DNA of 64,000 nt. Source: Elusimicrobiota bacterium (GTDB lineage Bacteria > Elusimicrobiota > Elusimicrobia > UBA1565 > UBA9628). Numbering within the stretch: position 1 is the first letter of the stretch; each line of letters begins with the position of its first letter. Positions 1 to 8,226 of this stretch are shown here, piece after piece. The notes under the pieces were generated by a model. That model saw only the letters and a program-made list of their open reading frames with translations, was not told the DNA's origin and searched no databases. The stretch covers positions 66,790 through 130,789 of the forward strand of contig JANRKA010000111.1 in assembly GCA_033875325.1 (NCBI GenBank), in the 5' to 3' direction. Made by a program: the position numbers and the translations under genes.

Positions 1-930
1 GAAGAGCAGGCCATCGTCGAGGACGCGGTGAGCCGACAGAAGCTCCGGCACACCTCCATCCCGGTCAACCCCGACCGTTTCCTGCCGCGCCTGCGGGAAC
101 TCGTGCGTTATCACGATTCGCCGGTGTGCACCATCAACTACTACGCCCATTGGCTGCTCATGGAGGCGGTGTCCTCGCACGGCTACCGCATCTCGGTGAG
201 CGGCACTTCGGCCGACGAGCTGTTCAGCGGCTACTACGACCATCACCTGGCCTATCTCTACGAGGTGCGCAAGGAGCCCGCGCTGCACGCCGCCTCGCGC
301 GCCGCGTGGGAGAGCCACATCAAGCCCATCGTGCGCAACCCGTTCCTGCGCGACCCCGACGCCTTCGTGCGCGACCCGGAGTTCCGCGGCCACATCTTCA
401 TGAACGCCGCGGAGTTCGCGGCCTGCCTGCAGAAGCCGTGGTCCGAGCCTTTTTCGGAGGAGCGTTACACCGGGGACCTCCTGCGCAACCGCATGCTCAA
501 CGAGTTGTTCCACGAGGCGACGCCCGTGGTCCTCCACGAGGACGACCTCAACGCGATGTATTACTCCATCGAGAACCGCTCGCCCTTCCTCGACCGCGGC
601 CTTTTCGACTTCGCCAACTCCATCCCCACGCGCCACCTCGTGCGCGACGGCCGCGCCAAAGCCGTCCTGCGCGACGCGATGAAGGGCATCGTGCCGGACA
701 TGGTGCTCGAGAGCCGCCGCAAGGTGGGCTTCAACGCGCCCATCTTCTCCTTCCTCGACATGTCCGACCCGTCCGTCATGAAGGAGTTGTTCCGCGACAG
801 CCCCGTTTTCGACCTGCTGCGCCGGGACAAGATCAGGACCCTGCTCGAGAAGGAAGCCTTGCCCAACAGCGAGAGCAAGTTCCTGTTCTACTTCCTGACC
901 ACGAAGCTGTTCCTCGAGGAGTTCGCGTGA
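1..930 (+). CDS. Asparagine synthase (AsnB) family protein, C-terminal synthetase part; the 5' end lies outside the window
   Basis: Frame 1 is open from base 1 to TGA 928-930. The translation (YYAHWLLMEAVSSHGYRISVSGTSADELFSGYYDHH, SIENRSPFLDRGLFDF, KVGFNAPI) looks like the AsnB synthetase domain. Amino-acid composition is normal, unlike the overlapping Arg/Pro-rich frames. Confidence 0.85.
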   Translation, partial: EEQAIVEDAVSRQKLRHTSIPVNPDRFLPRLRELVRYHDSPVCTINYYAHWLLMEAVSSHGYRISVSGTSADELFSGYYDHHLAYLYEVRKEPALHAASRAAWESHIKPIVRNPFLRDPDAFVRDPEFRGHIFMNAAEFAACLQKPWSEPFSEERYTGDLLRNRMLNELFHEATPVVLHEDDLNAMYYSIENRSPFLDRGLFDFANSIPTRHLVRDGRAKAVLRDAMKGIVPDMVLESRRKVGFNAPIFSFLDMSDPSVMKELFRDSPVFDLLRRDKIRTLLEKEALPNSESKFLFYFLTTKLFLEEFA

Positions 931-2039
931 GGTATTGCGCGAAGTGCGTCCTGCCCGACACGCGCCCGAACCTGCGCCTGGGCGCCGACGGCGTCTGCGA
1001 GGCCTGTCGGACTCACGGCGCGCGCAAGAAGATCGACTGGAAGGCGCGCGCCCGTGATTTCAAGGAACTCGTCAGGCGCGTGAAGAGCCGATCGGGTTGG
1101 GACTGCCTCATCCCGGTCAGCGGCGGCAAGGACAGCACCTGGCAGGTCGTCACCTGCCTGAAGGCCGGCCTCAACCCGCTCGCCGTCACCTGGAAGACCC
1201 CCGGCCGCACCGAGCTGGGGCGGCGCAACCTGGAGAACCTGGTCCGGCTCGGCGTGGACCACGTGGACTGGCAGGTGAACCCGAAGGTGGAAGCGCGTTT
1301 CATGTGGAAGGCCTTCGAGCGTTACGGCTCCACCGCCATCCCCATGCACATGGCCCTGTTCAACATCCCGCTCACTCTCGCCGTGCGCTACAAGATCCCC
1401 CTCGTCGTCTGGGGGGAGAACTCGGCCGTCGAATACGGCGGGGAAACGGCCAAAAAAGGCCACGCCCTCGACGCGGACTGGCTCAAACGCTACGGCGTGA
1501 TGCACGGCACCACGGCGGCGGACTGGGTTTCCAAAGACCTGCCGGCCAAGGCGCTGACGCCTTATTTCGGCCCTTCGGCCGAGGACCTTTCGGCCGCGGG
1601 CGTGCGCGCCGTGTTCCTCGGCCATTACTTCCGCTGGGACCCGGAGAAAACGGCCCGCGTCGCGATGGCTCACGGCTTTCAGGCCCGCCCCGAGGGCGCG
1701 CGCACCGGGCTCTACGACTACGCCGACCTCGACGACGATTTCATCTCCATCCACCACTGGCTCAAGTGGCACAAATTCGGCTTCACGCGCACCTTCGACA
1801 ACCTCTCGCTGGAGATCCGCAACGGGCGCCTGACGCGCGCGCAGGCCGTGGCCTTCCTGCGCCGTCGCGGCGACGAGACGCCCTCCGGCGACATCGCCAA
1901 GTTCTGCGCCTTCGCGGGCAAGTCCGTGAAGCAGTTCCACGCCGTGGCCGAGCGCTTCCGCAACCGGAAGGTCTGGAAAAAAGTCGGCGGACGCTGGACC
2001 ATCCCGGGTTTCCTCGTCCCCGACCGGAGGTGGTCGTGA
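927..2039 (+). CDS. N-acetyl sugar amidotransferase (WbpG-like PP-loop ATP pyrophosphatase)
   Basis: GTG 927 overlaps the upstream TGA (GTGA). An N-terminal Cys pair motif (RYCAKCVLPDT...GVCEAC) is followed by the PP-loop SGGKDS (IPVSGGKDSTWQV). The 126-926 part of the tracked ORF is an Arg/Pro-rich wrong-frame extension. Confidence 0.85.
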   Translation: MRYCAKCVLPDTRPNLRLGADGVCEACRTHGARKKIDWKARARDFKELVRRVKSRSGWDCLIPVSGGKDSTWQVVTCLKAGLNPLAVTWKTPGRTELGRRNLENLVRLGVDHVDWQVNPKVEARFMWKAFERYGSTAIPMHMALFNIPLTLAVRYKIPLVVWGENSAVEYGGETAKKGHALDADWLKRYGVMHGTTAADWVSKDLPAKALTPYFGPSAEDLSAAGVRAVFLGHYFRWDPEKTARVAMAHGFQARPEGARTGLYDYADLDDDFISIHHWLKWHKFGFTRTFDNLSLEIRNGRLTRAQAVAFLRRRGDETPSGDIAKFCAFAGKSVKQFHAVAERFRNRKVWKKVGGRWTIPGFLVPDRRWS

Positions 2040-3175
2040 AGTTCGAGCGCCGCGACCCGCCCCGCGAGTTCACGCCCGGCATGGGCATCGTGCTCAAGGA
2101 CTGCGGCCGCGTGGAGCTCTCGCCCGACGAGCAGGTGACCTTCGCCGCCGCGGGCTCGGAGTACGATTTCTGCCGCAAGGCCTGGGGCTACTACGCCTCG
2201 CCCTCGCTCAACGCGCGCATGGGGCGGCTGGGTCTGCGCCCGGCCCTGGTGAAGAGCTCTCTCAACGGGACCTATTTCCTGATGGCCGTGCTCAAGGACC
2301 AGCAGAAGGCCTTCGAGGCCTACGTGAAGGAGACGGGACAGAGCGTGGTGGCGTGGCTCGACGAGGCCGAGGCGCTCGCGCGTTTCGACGACGGCGCGCG
2401 GGCCTGCCTTTGCGGCGCGCGCTCCTTCGAGAAGACCTTCCACTATGACGCGCCCCCGCCGGGCGAGGTGCGCTTCAAGTTCTCCGATGAAGGCTACTCC
2501 CGCGATATCCTGCGCTGCCGCGCCTGCGGTCACTATCTCTCGGTGCACGGCATGGACATGAGCGCTCTTTACACGGGCGCCTACGCCGACGCCACCTACG
2601 GCGACAAGCTCAAGGCCACCTTCGACAAGATCGTCGCCCTGCCGCCCGAGAAGTCCGACAACGCCGGGCGCGTGGCTTGGGTGACCGCGCACGCCAAGGG
2701 CCGCACGGTGCTCGACGTCGGCTCCGGGCTGTGCGTTTTCCTGCACCGCATGAAGGCCGCGGGCTGGAAGGGCACGGCGCTCGACCCCGACCCCCGCCAG
2801 GCCGCGCACGCGCGCGAGGTCGTGGGCGTGGACGCCGTCCAGGCCGATTTCATGAAGGCGAAGGACCTGGGCCGCTTCGACCTGGTCTCCTTCAACAAGG
2901 TGCTCGAACACGCCGAGGACCCCGTCGCCATGCTCGCCCGCGCCAAGGACTTCCTGGCGCCCGGCGGCTCCGTCTACGTCGAGCTCCCCGACGGCGAAGG
3001 CGCGGCCAAGGACGGCCCCGGCCGCGAGGAGTTCTTCATCGACCATCATCACGTCTTTTCCGCCGCCTCGTACTGCGTCCTGGCCTCCCGCGCGGGATAC
3101 CGCGTCGCCGTGCTGGAGAGCCTGCGCGAGCCGAGCGGTAAATACACGCTGCGAGGACTATTATGCCCACTGTGA
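2036..3175 (+). CDS. Class I SAM-dependent methyltransferase with an unassigned ~125-aa N-terminal domain and a Cys4 zinc-ribbon-like segment
   Basis: GTG 2036 overlaps the upstream TGA (alternative GTG 2030). Cysteine pairs CLCG...CRACGH are present. SAM motif I is VLDVGSGLC, and FNKVLEHAEDP and LAPGGSVYVELP follow. The tracked ORF 1097-2035 is a wrong-frame extension. Confidence 0.75.
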   Translation: MKFERRDPPREFTPGMGIVLKDCGRVELSPDEQVTFAAAGSEYDFCRKAWGYYASPSLNARMGRLGLRPALVKSSLNGTYFLMAVLKDQQKAFEAYVKETGQSVVAWLDEAEALARFDDGARACLCGARSFEKTFHYDAPPPGEVRFKFSDEGYSRDILRCRACGHYLSVHGMDMSALYTGAYADATYGDKLKATFDKIVALPPEKSDNAGRVAWVTAHAKGRTVLDVGSGLCVFLHRMKAAGWKGTALDPDPRQAAHAREVVGVDAVQADFMKAKDLGRFDLVSFNKVLEHAEDPVAMLARAKDFLAPGGSVYVELPDGEGAAKDGPGREEFFIDHHHVFSAASYCVLASRAGYRVAVLESLREPSGKYTLRGLLCPL

Positions 3176-3912
3176 CCGAACGCAAGATGAAGAAGACCTG
3201 GGACGACAGCTTCCGGGAGCAGATCCGCGCGTCGGCCTACAACACGGCCGCCGTCGAGGCCGTCATCCGCCACGTGTCCTACCATCTGCGCGGCCGCTCC
3301 CCGGCGGAGCTGAAGAAGCTCCATTTCCTCGAGATGGGCTGCGGCGCGGGACCCAACCTCGTCTGGCTCGCCCAGAAGGGCATGAAGGTCAGCGGCGTGG
3401 ACATCTCGCCGACCGCGCTGAAGCTGGCCAAGGCCAACATGAAGTCGCAGGGCCTCTCGGCGCGGGTGGGGAAACTCGTGGAGGCGTCGGTCACGGCGCT
3501 GCCGTTCCCCGACGAGAGTCTCGACGGCATCATCGAGTCCTGCGTGTTTCAGCACCTCAACCGCGAGGACCGCGAGAAGACCTTCGCCGAGATCCGCCGC
3601 TGCCTCAAACCCGGCGGCCTGTTCGTGGGCCACATGCTCGACCGCGGGCACACGGTTTTCCAGAAGCGCTCCAAGGAGCAGCTGCCCGAGGACCCCGGCA
3701 CCTTGATGCTCGAGGACGGCACCTCGAAGTTCCACCTGACCAACATCGGCCTGAGCCATTTCTTCTCGAAAGAGGAGTACCAGTCCTATTTCCGCGGCTT
3801 CACGGTCATCGACCCGTGCCTGTCCACCTACGAGATCCCGGCGGCCGAGGCCAAGAAACGCGGCTACGACCACTACAAGCAGAGCATGTGGATCGTCCAC
3901 GCGGTGAAGTGA
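3163..3912 (+). CDS. Class I SAM-dependent methyltransferase
   Basis: ATG 3163 overlaps the upstream gene by 13 nt. Motif I is FLEMGCGAGPNLVWLA. DGIIESCVFQHL and LKPGGLFVGHM are also present. Confidence 0.85.
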   Translation: MPTVTERKMKKTWDDSFREQIRASAYNTAAVEAVIRHVSYHLRGRSPAELKKLHFLEMGCGAGPNLVWLAQKGMKVSGVDISPTALKLAKANMKSQGLSARVGKLVEASVTALPFPDESLDGIIESCVFQHLNREDREKTFAEIRRCLKPGGLFVGHMLDRGHTVFQKRSKEQLPEDPGTLMLEDGTSKFHLTNIGLSHFFSKEEYQSYFRGFTVIDPCLSTYEIPAAEAKKRGYDHYKQSMWIVHAVK

Positions 3913-4301
3913 TGAAAAAAGCCATCAACGAGGTCAAAAACGGTCCCGCCGCCTCGGCGCAGTATTCGCTGGCCATCCTCGCCGAGGGCCGCTTCCTCTT
4001 CGTCACGGGCCAGGGGCCCTACAACCCCGCGACCGGCAAGAAGGACCGCGGCACCATCCAGCGCCAGACCGAGCTCACGCTCAACAACCTCAAGGCCGTC
4101 ATCGAGGCGGCGGGTGGGCGCATGGAGGACGTGGTGTCCTGCCGGATGTATCTCCAACCGCTCACGCACGAGACCTTCGCCGCCATGAACGAGGTGTACG
4201 GGAAGTTCTGGGGCCCGGTGCCGCCGACGCGCACCACCATCGGCTGCTCCCTGCTCGACATGGACGTCGAGGCCGACTGCGTCGTGAAGATGAATGCTTA
4301 G
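3912..4301 (+). CDS. ridA: RidA/YjgF/TdcF family reactive-intermediate deaminase
   Basis: ATG 3912 shares 1 nt with the upstream TGA (TGATG). The 129-aa product (GRFLFVTGQGPYNP...TTIGCSLLDMDVEADCV) has typical RidA length and ends. Confidence 0.85.
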   Translation: MKKAINEVKNGPAASAQYSLAILAEGRFLFVTGQGPYNPATGKKDRGTIQRQTELTLNNLKAVIEAAGGRMEDVVSCRMYLQPLTHETFAAMNEVYGKFWGPVPPTRTTIGCSLLDMDVEADCVVKMNA

Positions 4302-6150
4302 CCGAATCTGCGGCGCCGCGGGACGCGGCGCCGCGGCCGTCGTCGCTCCCATGCTTCCGCTCCTGCGCGCGGGGGCCGGAGACGCGTCGTCCTGGCGCGA
4401 GGGCGTGCTTGACGCGCTGGCCTGGACCGGCCGCGCCGAAGGCGCGGCGGCGCGCGACGCCCGTTGGTCGGTCGTGCTCGACGGCACCGTCTTCAACCGC
4501 CGGGAGCTCGGCGGCGGCGGAGACGACGCCGCCCTCGTCCTGGCGCTCGTCGCCAAACACGGCTTTCCCGCCGCGTTGGAGAAGCTCAACGGCGACTTCG
4601 CCGTCGCCGCCTGGGACGCCAAGGAGCAGACTCTTTGGCTCGCCCGCGACCGCTTCGGCGTGCGTCCGCTGTATTGGGCGATGGCGGGCGGGCTCGTCGC
4701 GTTCGCCTCGCGTCCGCGCGCGTTGTTCGCGCTCCCCGGCCTGGCGCCCGCGCCGCGCCGCGAGTACCTCGCCCTTTTCGCGGGCTCGCATTACCGCACC
4801 TTCGACACGAGCCCGAAACTCTCGCCCTACGACGGCATCTTCTCCGTCGAGGCCGGATCCTGGCTCAAAGTGGACGCCTCGGGCAAAACCAGCGAGGGCC
4901 GTTATTGGTCTTTGACCGACCAGAGCGACCTCGACGAGCCCGAGGAGAAACTCGCCGAGCGTTACCGCGCCCTCCTGCTCGACGCCACCGGGCTGCGGGT
5001 CAAGGCGGGAGGCGGACACGCCTTCACCCTCTCCGGCGGCATGGACTCCTCCTCGGTGCTCGCCTGCGCGGTGCGGGAGACGGGCCGCAAGCAGCGCGCC
5101 TTCTCCACCACCTACGAGGACGCGACCTACGACGAGACCGCCGAGATCCGCACCATGCTCGACTCCACGGTGGAGACCTGGACGCCGGTGCGCCTGGGCA
5201 CGCCCGACGTGCCCGCGCTCGTGCGCAAGATGGTCGAGGCCCATGACGAACCCGTGGCCACCGCGACCTGGCTGTCGCATTACACCTTGTGCGACGCGGT
5301 GAAGAAGGAAGGCTACTCGCGCCTGTTCGGCGGCCTGGGCGGCGACGAGCTCAACGCGGGCGAATACGAGTATTTCTTCTTCTTCTTCGCCGACCTGGCC
5401 GCCGCCGGCGACGAGGCCCTGCTGCTGCGCGAGACCGCGGCCTGGGTGGCGCACCACGACCACCCCATCTTCAAGAAGAACGAGGCCGTCATGCGCGACG
5501 GCCTGGCGCGCCTGGCCGACCTGAAGGTCCCCGGCAAGGTGAAGGCCGACCGCAAGCGCCTGGAGCGTTACGCCAAGGCTCTTTCACCCGCCTTCTACGA
5601 CCTGAAGTCCTTCACGCCCCCGCTCGACGCGCCGTTCGCGAGCTGGCTCAAGAACCGCACCTGGCACGACCTGTTCCTGGAGACCCTGCCCTGCTGCCTG
5701 CGCGCCCAGGACCGCCATGGCGCGGCCTTCGGCCTGGAGCACCTCCTCCCTTTCCTCGACCACCGGCTGGTCGAGTTGATGTTCCGCGTCCCCTCGCGAC
5801 TGAAGATCCGCGACGGCGTGACCAAACACCTCCTGCGCCTGGCCATGAAGGGCATCCTCCCCGAGGAGACGCGCACGCGCGTCAAGAAGACGGGCTGGAA
5901 CGCCCCGGCCCACGTCTGGTTCTCGGGCCAAGGCCGCGAGCTGGTGGGCGACCTCATCGGCTCGCGCGAGTTCAAGGAGCGCGGCATCTACGACGCCGCC
6001 GAGGTCCGCCGCCTGGCCGACGAACACGAGCGCATCGTCTCCAGCGGCGCCGCCGAGGACAACCACATGATGTTCTTCTGGCAGCTCGTGAACCTCGAGC
6101 TGTGGCTGCGCTCGCTTCAAGGCGCGACGACTGGCGCGCGCGGCGGATGA
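4294..6150 (+). CDS. Asparagine synthase (AsnB) family amidotransferase with a shortened glutaminase domain
   Basis: ATG 4294 overlaps ridA by 8 nt. The glutaminase core is NGDFAVAAWD...LARDRFGVRPLYW. The PP-loop is FTLSGGMDSSSV. The C-terminal part (FLDHRLVELMFRVPSRLKIRDG...KTGWNAP) is AsnB-like. Confidence 0.85.
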   Translation: MLSRICGAAGRGAAAVVAPMLPLLRAGAGDASSWREGVLDALAWTGRAEGAAARDARWSVVLDGTVFNRRELGGGGDDAALVLALVAKHGFPAALEKLNGDFAVAAWDAKEQTLWLARDRFGVRPLYWAMAGGLVAFASRPRALFALPGLAPAPRREYLALFAGSHYRTFDTSPKLSPYDGIFSVEAGSWLKVDASGKTSEGRYWSLTDQSDLDEPEEKLAERYRALLLDATGLRVKAGGGHAFTLSGGMDSSSVLACAVRETGRKQRAFSTTYEDATYDETAEIRTMLDSTVETWTPVRLGTPDVPALVRKMVEAHDEPVATATWLSHYTLCDAVKKEGYSRLFGGLGGDELNAGEYEYFFFFFADLAAAGDEALLLRETAAWVAHHDHPIFKKNEAVMRDGLARLADLKVPGKVKADRKRLERYAKALSPAFYDLKSFTPPLDAPFASWLKNRTWHDLFLETLPCCLRAQDRHGAAFGLEHLLPFLDHRLVELMFRVPSRLKIRDGVTKHLLRLAMKGILPEETRTRVKKTGWNAPAHVWFSGQGRELVGDLIGSREFKERGIYDAAEVRRLADEHERIVSSGAAEDNHMMFFWQLVNLELWLRSLQGATTGARGG

Positions 6151-6282
6151 AGACGAGCGAGGCGGTCCTCTCCAGCCTCGACCGCCGCGTCGCCTGCGCG
6201 ACCCTCGCGGCTGGGCAGACAAGCTGGCCGTGTACCGTTACCTGCCGCCGTATCGGTTGAGCCGCTTCGTTGCCGCGCTTCC

Positions 6283-6311
6283 TTGACCGGCGCGTGCGAG
6301 GGGAGTAGAAT
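6283..6311 (+). promoter_or_regulatory. Sigma70-type promoter: TTGACC, 17 nt, TAGAAT
   Basis: TTGACC at 6283-6288, an exact 17-nt spacer, and TAGAAT at 6306-6311. It lies in the only sizeable intergenic gap of this block, 36 nt upstream of ATG 6347. AAAGGA precedes the ATG as a Shine-Dalgarno sequence. Confidence 0.6.
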
Positions 6312-6327
6312 GTTCAATAATTGAACA
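6311..6327. promoter_or_regulatory. Perfect 17-bp palindrome TGTTCAAT-A-ATTGAACA, a putative operator
   Basis: Read directly from the sequence. It has 8+8 perfectly complementary arms, is AT-rich in a GC-rich genome, and starts at the last base of the -10 box, so it covers the expected transcription start. Confidence 0.55.
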
Positions 6328-6346
6328 CGCTGAAAGGAACTCCTCC

Positions 6347-7288
6347 ATGACCACCAAGCTCTCCGTCGAAGCACTCGAGAAGGCCGCCTCCTCCGTCACG
6401 CGCGCGCGTCCCGGACGCGCGGCGCTCGTGGAAGGGAAAAACGGCCCGGTCCTGCTCGTGGAGTTCGACGGCGTGCGCGTCGGCGACGCGGAGCAGCTCG
6501 CGCGCGAAGCGCAGGCCGCGGCCGGCGGGCACCCGGTCGAGGTCGTGCGCACCGACTGGCTTCCCTGGAGCAAGAAGGGCCCCCAGCGCGCCGCCTGCCA
6601 GACCAAGTACCGGCGCATGTTGGACCTGCGCGCCAAAACCGAGCGGGTGGACCTGCTCAACTTCAAGAACGACGTCACCGAGGCGCAGAAGGATTCCTTC
6701 GGCTACTTCGGCACGCAGTCGCGCATCATGGGCCCCTTCGAGCTCAACGCGCCCTCGCGCATCCATCTGGGCAACTGGGTCTCCTTCGGGCGCTACGGCC
6801 GCGTGCTCATGAACACCGACTTCACGAAGTTCAAAGAGCGCTGCCTCCAGCACTACCCGGAAGTCGCGCACGACTACAGCCCGAAAGTGTTCGGCCCGCG
6901 CGACCCGAAGCTCAAGATCGGCGACGGCACCACCATCGGCGACGGGGTGTTCATCAACTGCACCAACAACATCGAGATCGGCAAACATCTCATCATCTCG
7001 TCTCGGGTTTACATCGGCGACGCCGGGCACAACGTCATGAACCTGGACCTGCCCATCACGCTCTCGGCCAACACCGAGGGGCGGCCGGTCAAGATCGGCG
7101 ACCAGACCTGGATCGGCGTGGGCGCCGTCATCATGGAAGGCATCACCATCGGTAAACACGCCATCATCGGCTCCAACTCCGTGGTGACCAAGAGCGTGCC
7201 CGATTACGGCGTGGCCGCGGGCGTGCCCGCCAAGCTCATCAAGATGCTGGACGGCTCGCCGCTGCCGGTCCCGCCCGTGAAGGCTTAA
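6347..7288 (+). CDS. Hexapeptide-repeat (left-handed beta-helix) acyltransferase with an extra ~110-aa N-terminal domain
   Basis: Hexapeptide-like turns occur in the C-terminal half (IGDGTTIGDGVFI, IGKHLIISSRVYIGD, IGDQTWIGVGAVIMEGITIGKHAIIGSNSVV). It is preceded by its own promoter and Shine-Dalgarno sequence. Confidence 0.8.
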   Translation: MTTKLSVEALEKAASSVTRARPGRAALVEGKNGPVLLVEFDGVRVGDAEQLAREAQAAAGGHPVEVVRTDWLPWSKKGPQRAACQTKYRRMLDLRAKTERVDLLNFKNDVTEAQKDSFGYFGTQSRIMGPFELNAPSRIHLGNWVSFGRYGRVLMNTDFTKFKERCLQHYPEVAHDYSPKVFGPRDPKLKIGDGTTIGDGVFINCTNNIEIGKHLIISSRVYIGDAGHNVMNLDLPITLSANTEGRPVKIGDQTWIGVGAVIMEGITIGKHAIIGSNSVVTKSVPDYGVAAGVPAKLIKMLDGSPLPVPPVKA

Positions 7289-8226
7289 GCCGCGCCGTCG
7301 AGCACGGCTTTCCCGGCCCAGCCCAGCCCGCGCGCCAGCTCGCCGCCGTTCTGCTTGGGGGAGCCTTCGACGCGGCACTTGAGCACTTCGATGAGGCCGC
7401 CCTGGGCGGCGACCTTGAAGCTGCTCTCTCCGACCTCCACGACGTGGCCGACCTTCTGGACCAGGCCGGAGTAGCTCTTGAAAGAATGCTTGCGGCAGTC
7501 GAAGATGTGGATGCGGCGGCCCTGATAGGCGGTCCAGGCGCCGGGCGCGGGGTTGCAGCCGCGGATGAGGTCGTAGATGACATCCACGTGGTTGCCCCAG
7601 TGGATCATCGACTCGCGCTCCTTGAGCCAGCCCTCGTAGGTGGCGCCCTCGTCGCTCTGCGCAGTCTCCGTGTGCGTGCCGGCGAAGACGGCTTCGGCGG
7701 CCTCCAGCAGGGCTTCGATGCCCATGGGGAAGAGCTTGTTGAAGTACAGCTCGCCCAAGGTCTCGTCGGGGCCGATGTCGCAGGCCTTCTGGAGGATGAC
7801 GGGACCCTCGTCGAGCGCGTCCACGGGGCGGAAGATGGACAGGCCGGTGCGGCGCTCGCCGCGCACGATGGCCCAGTTGATGGAGGAGGGGCCGCGGTAT
7901 TTGGGGAGCAGGGACGGGTGGTACTGGATGGTGCCCAGGCGCGGCGTGCTCGTGAAGGTGGCGGGCGCGAACTGCGTGACGTAGGCCATCACGCCGAGGT
8001 CGGCCTTGAGGCTCGTCATCGCGGCGTGCGCCTCGGGGCTGCGCAGGCTGGCGAACTGGAACAGCTTCAGGCCGCGCTCGAGCGCGGCGGTCTTGAGCGG
8101 GTCGGGTTTGGCGCCGGGCGCGTCGGGCAGGCAGAACACGCCGGCGACCTCGTGGCCGCGGGCGAGGAACGCGTCGAGGGCGGCTTTTCCGAAAGCTTGC
8201 TGGCCGAGCAGGGCGATGCGCATCAC
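7285..8226 (-). CDS. Formyltransferase (Fmt/ArnA/FDH N-domain family), last gene of the long minus-strand array
   Basis: Motifs: IQYHPSLLPKYRGPSSINWAIV, DALDEGPVILQ, EGATYEGW, NPAPGAWT. The start overlaps the upstream stop by 4 nt. Confidence 0.85.
   Translation of the reverse strand: MMRIALLGQQAFGKAALDAFLARGHEVAGVFCLPDAPGAKPDPLKTAALERGLKLFQFASLRSPEAHAAMTSLKADLGVMAYVTQFAPATFTSTPRLGTIQYHPSLLPKYRGPSSINWAIVRGERRTGLSIFRPVDALDEGPVILQKACDIGPDETLGELYFNKLFPMGIEALLEAAEAVFAGTHTETAQSDEGATYEGWLKERESMIHWGNHVDVIYDLIRGCNPAPGAWTAYQGRRIHIFDCRKHSFKSYSGLVQKVGHVVEVGESSFKVAAQGGLIEVLKCRVEGSPKQNGGELARGLGWAGKAVLDGAA

Noticed and set aside
126-926. 5' extensions of tracked ORFs 126-2039 and 1097-3175
   Set aside because: The extensions overlap the AsnB and WbpG frames and are Arg/Pro-rich. 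Genuine sequence begins at GTG codons that overlap the preceding stop codon.
6151-6282. Possible terminator hairpin GGCGGTC(12 nt)GACCGCC at about 6163-6188, downstream of the second AsnB gene
   Set aside because: It has a short 7-bp stem with a large loop and no following T-tract, so it is not distinguishable from chance in GC-rich DNA.
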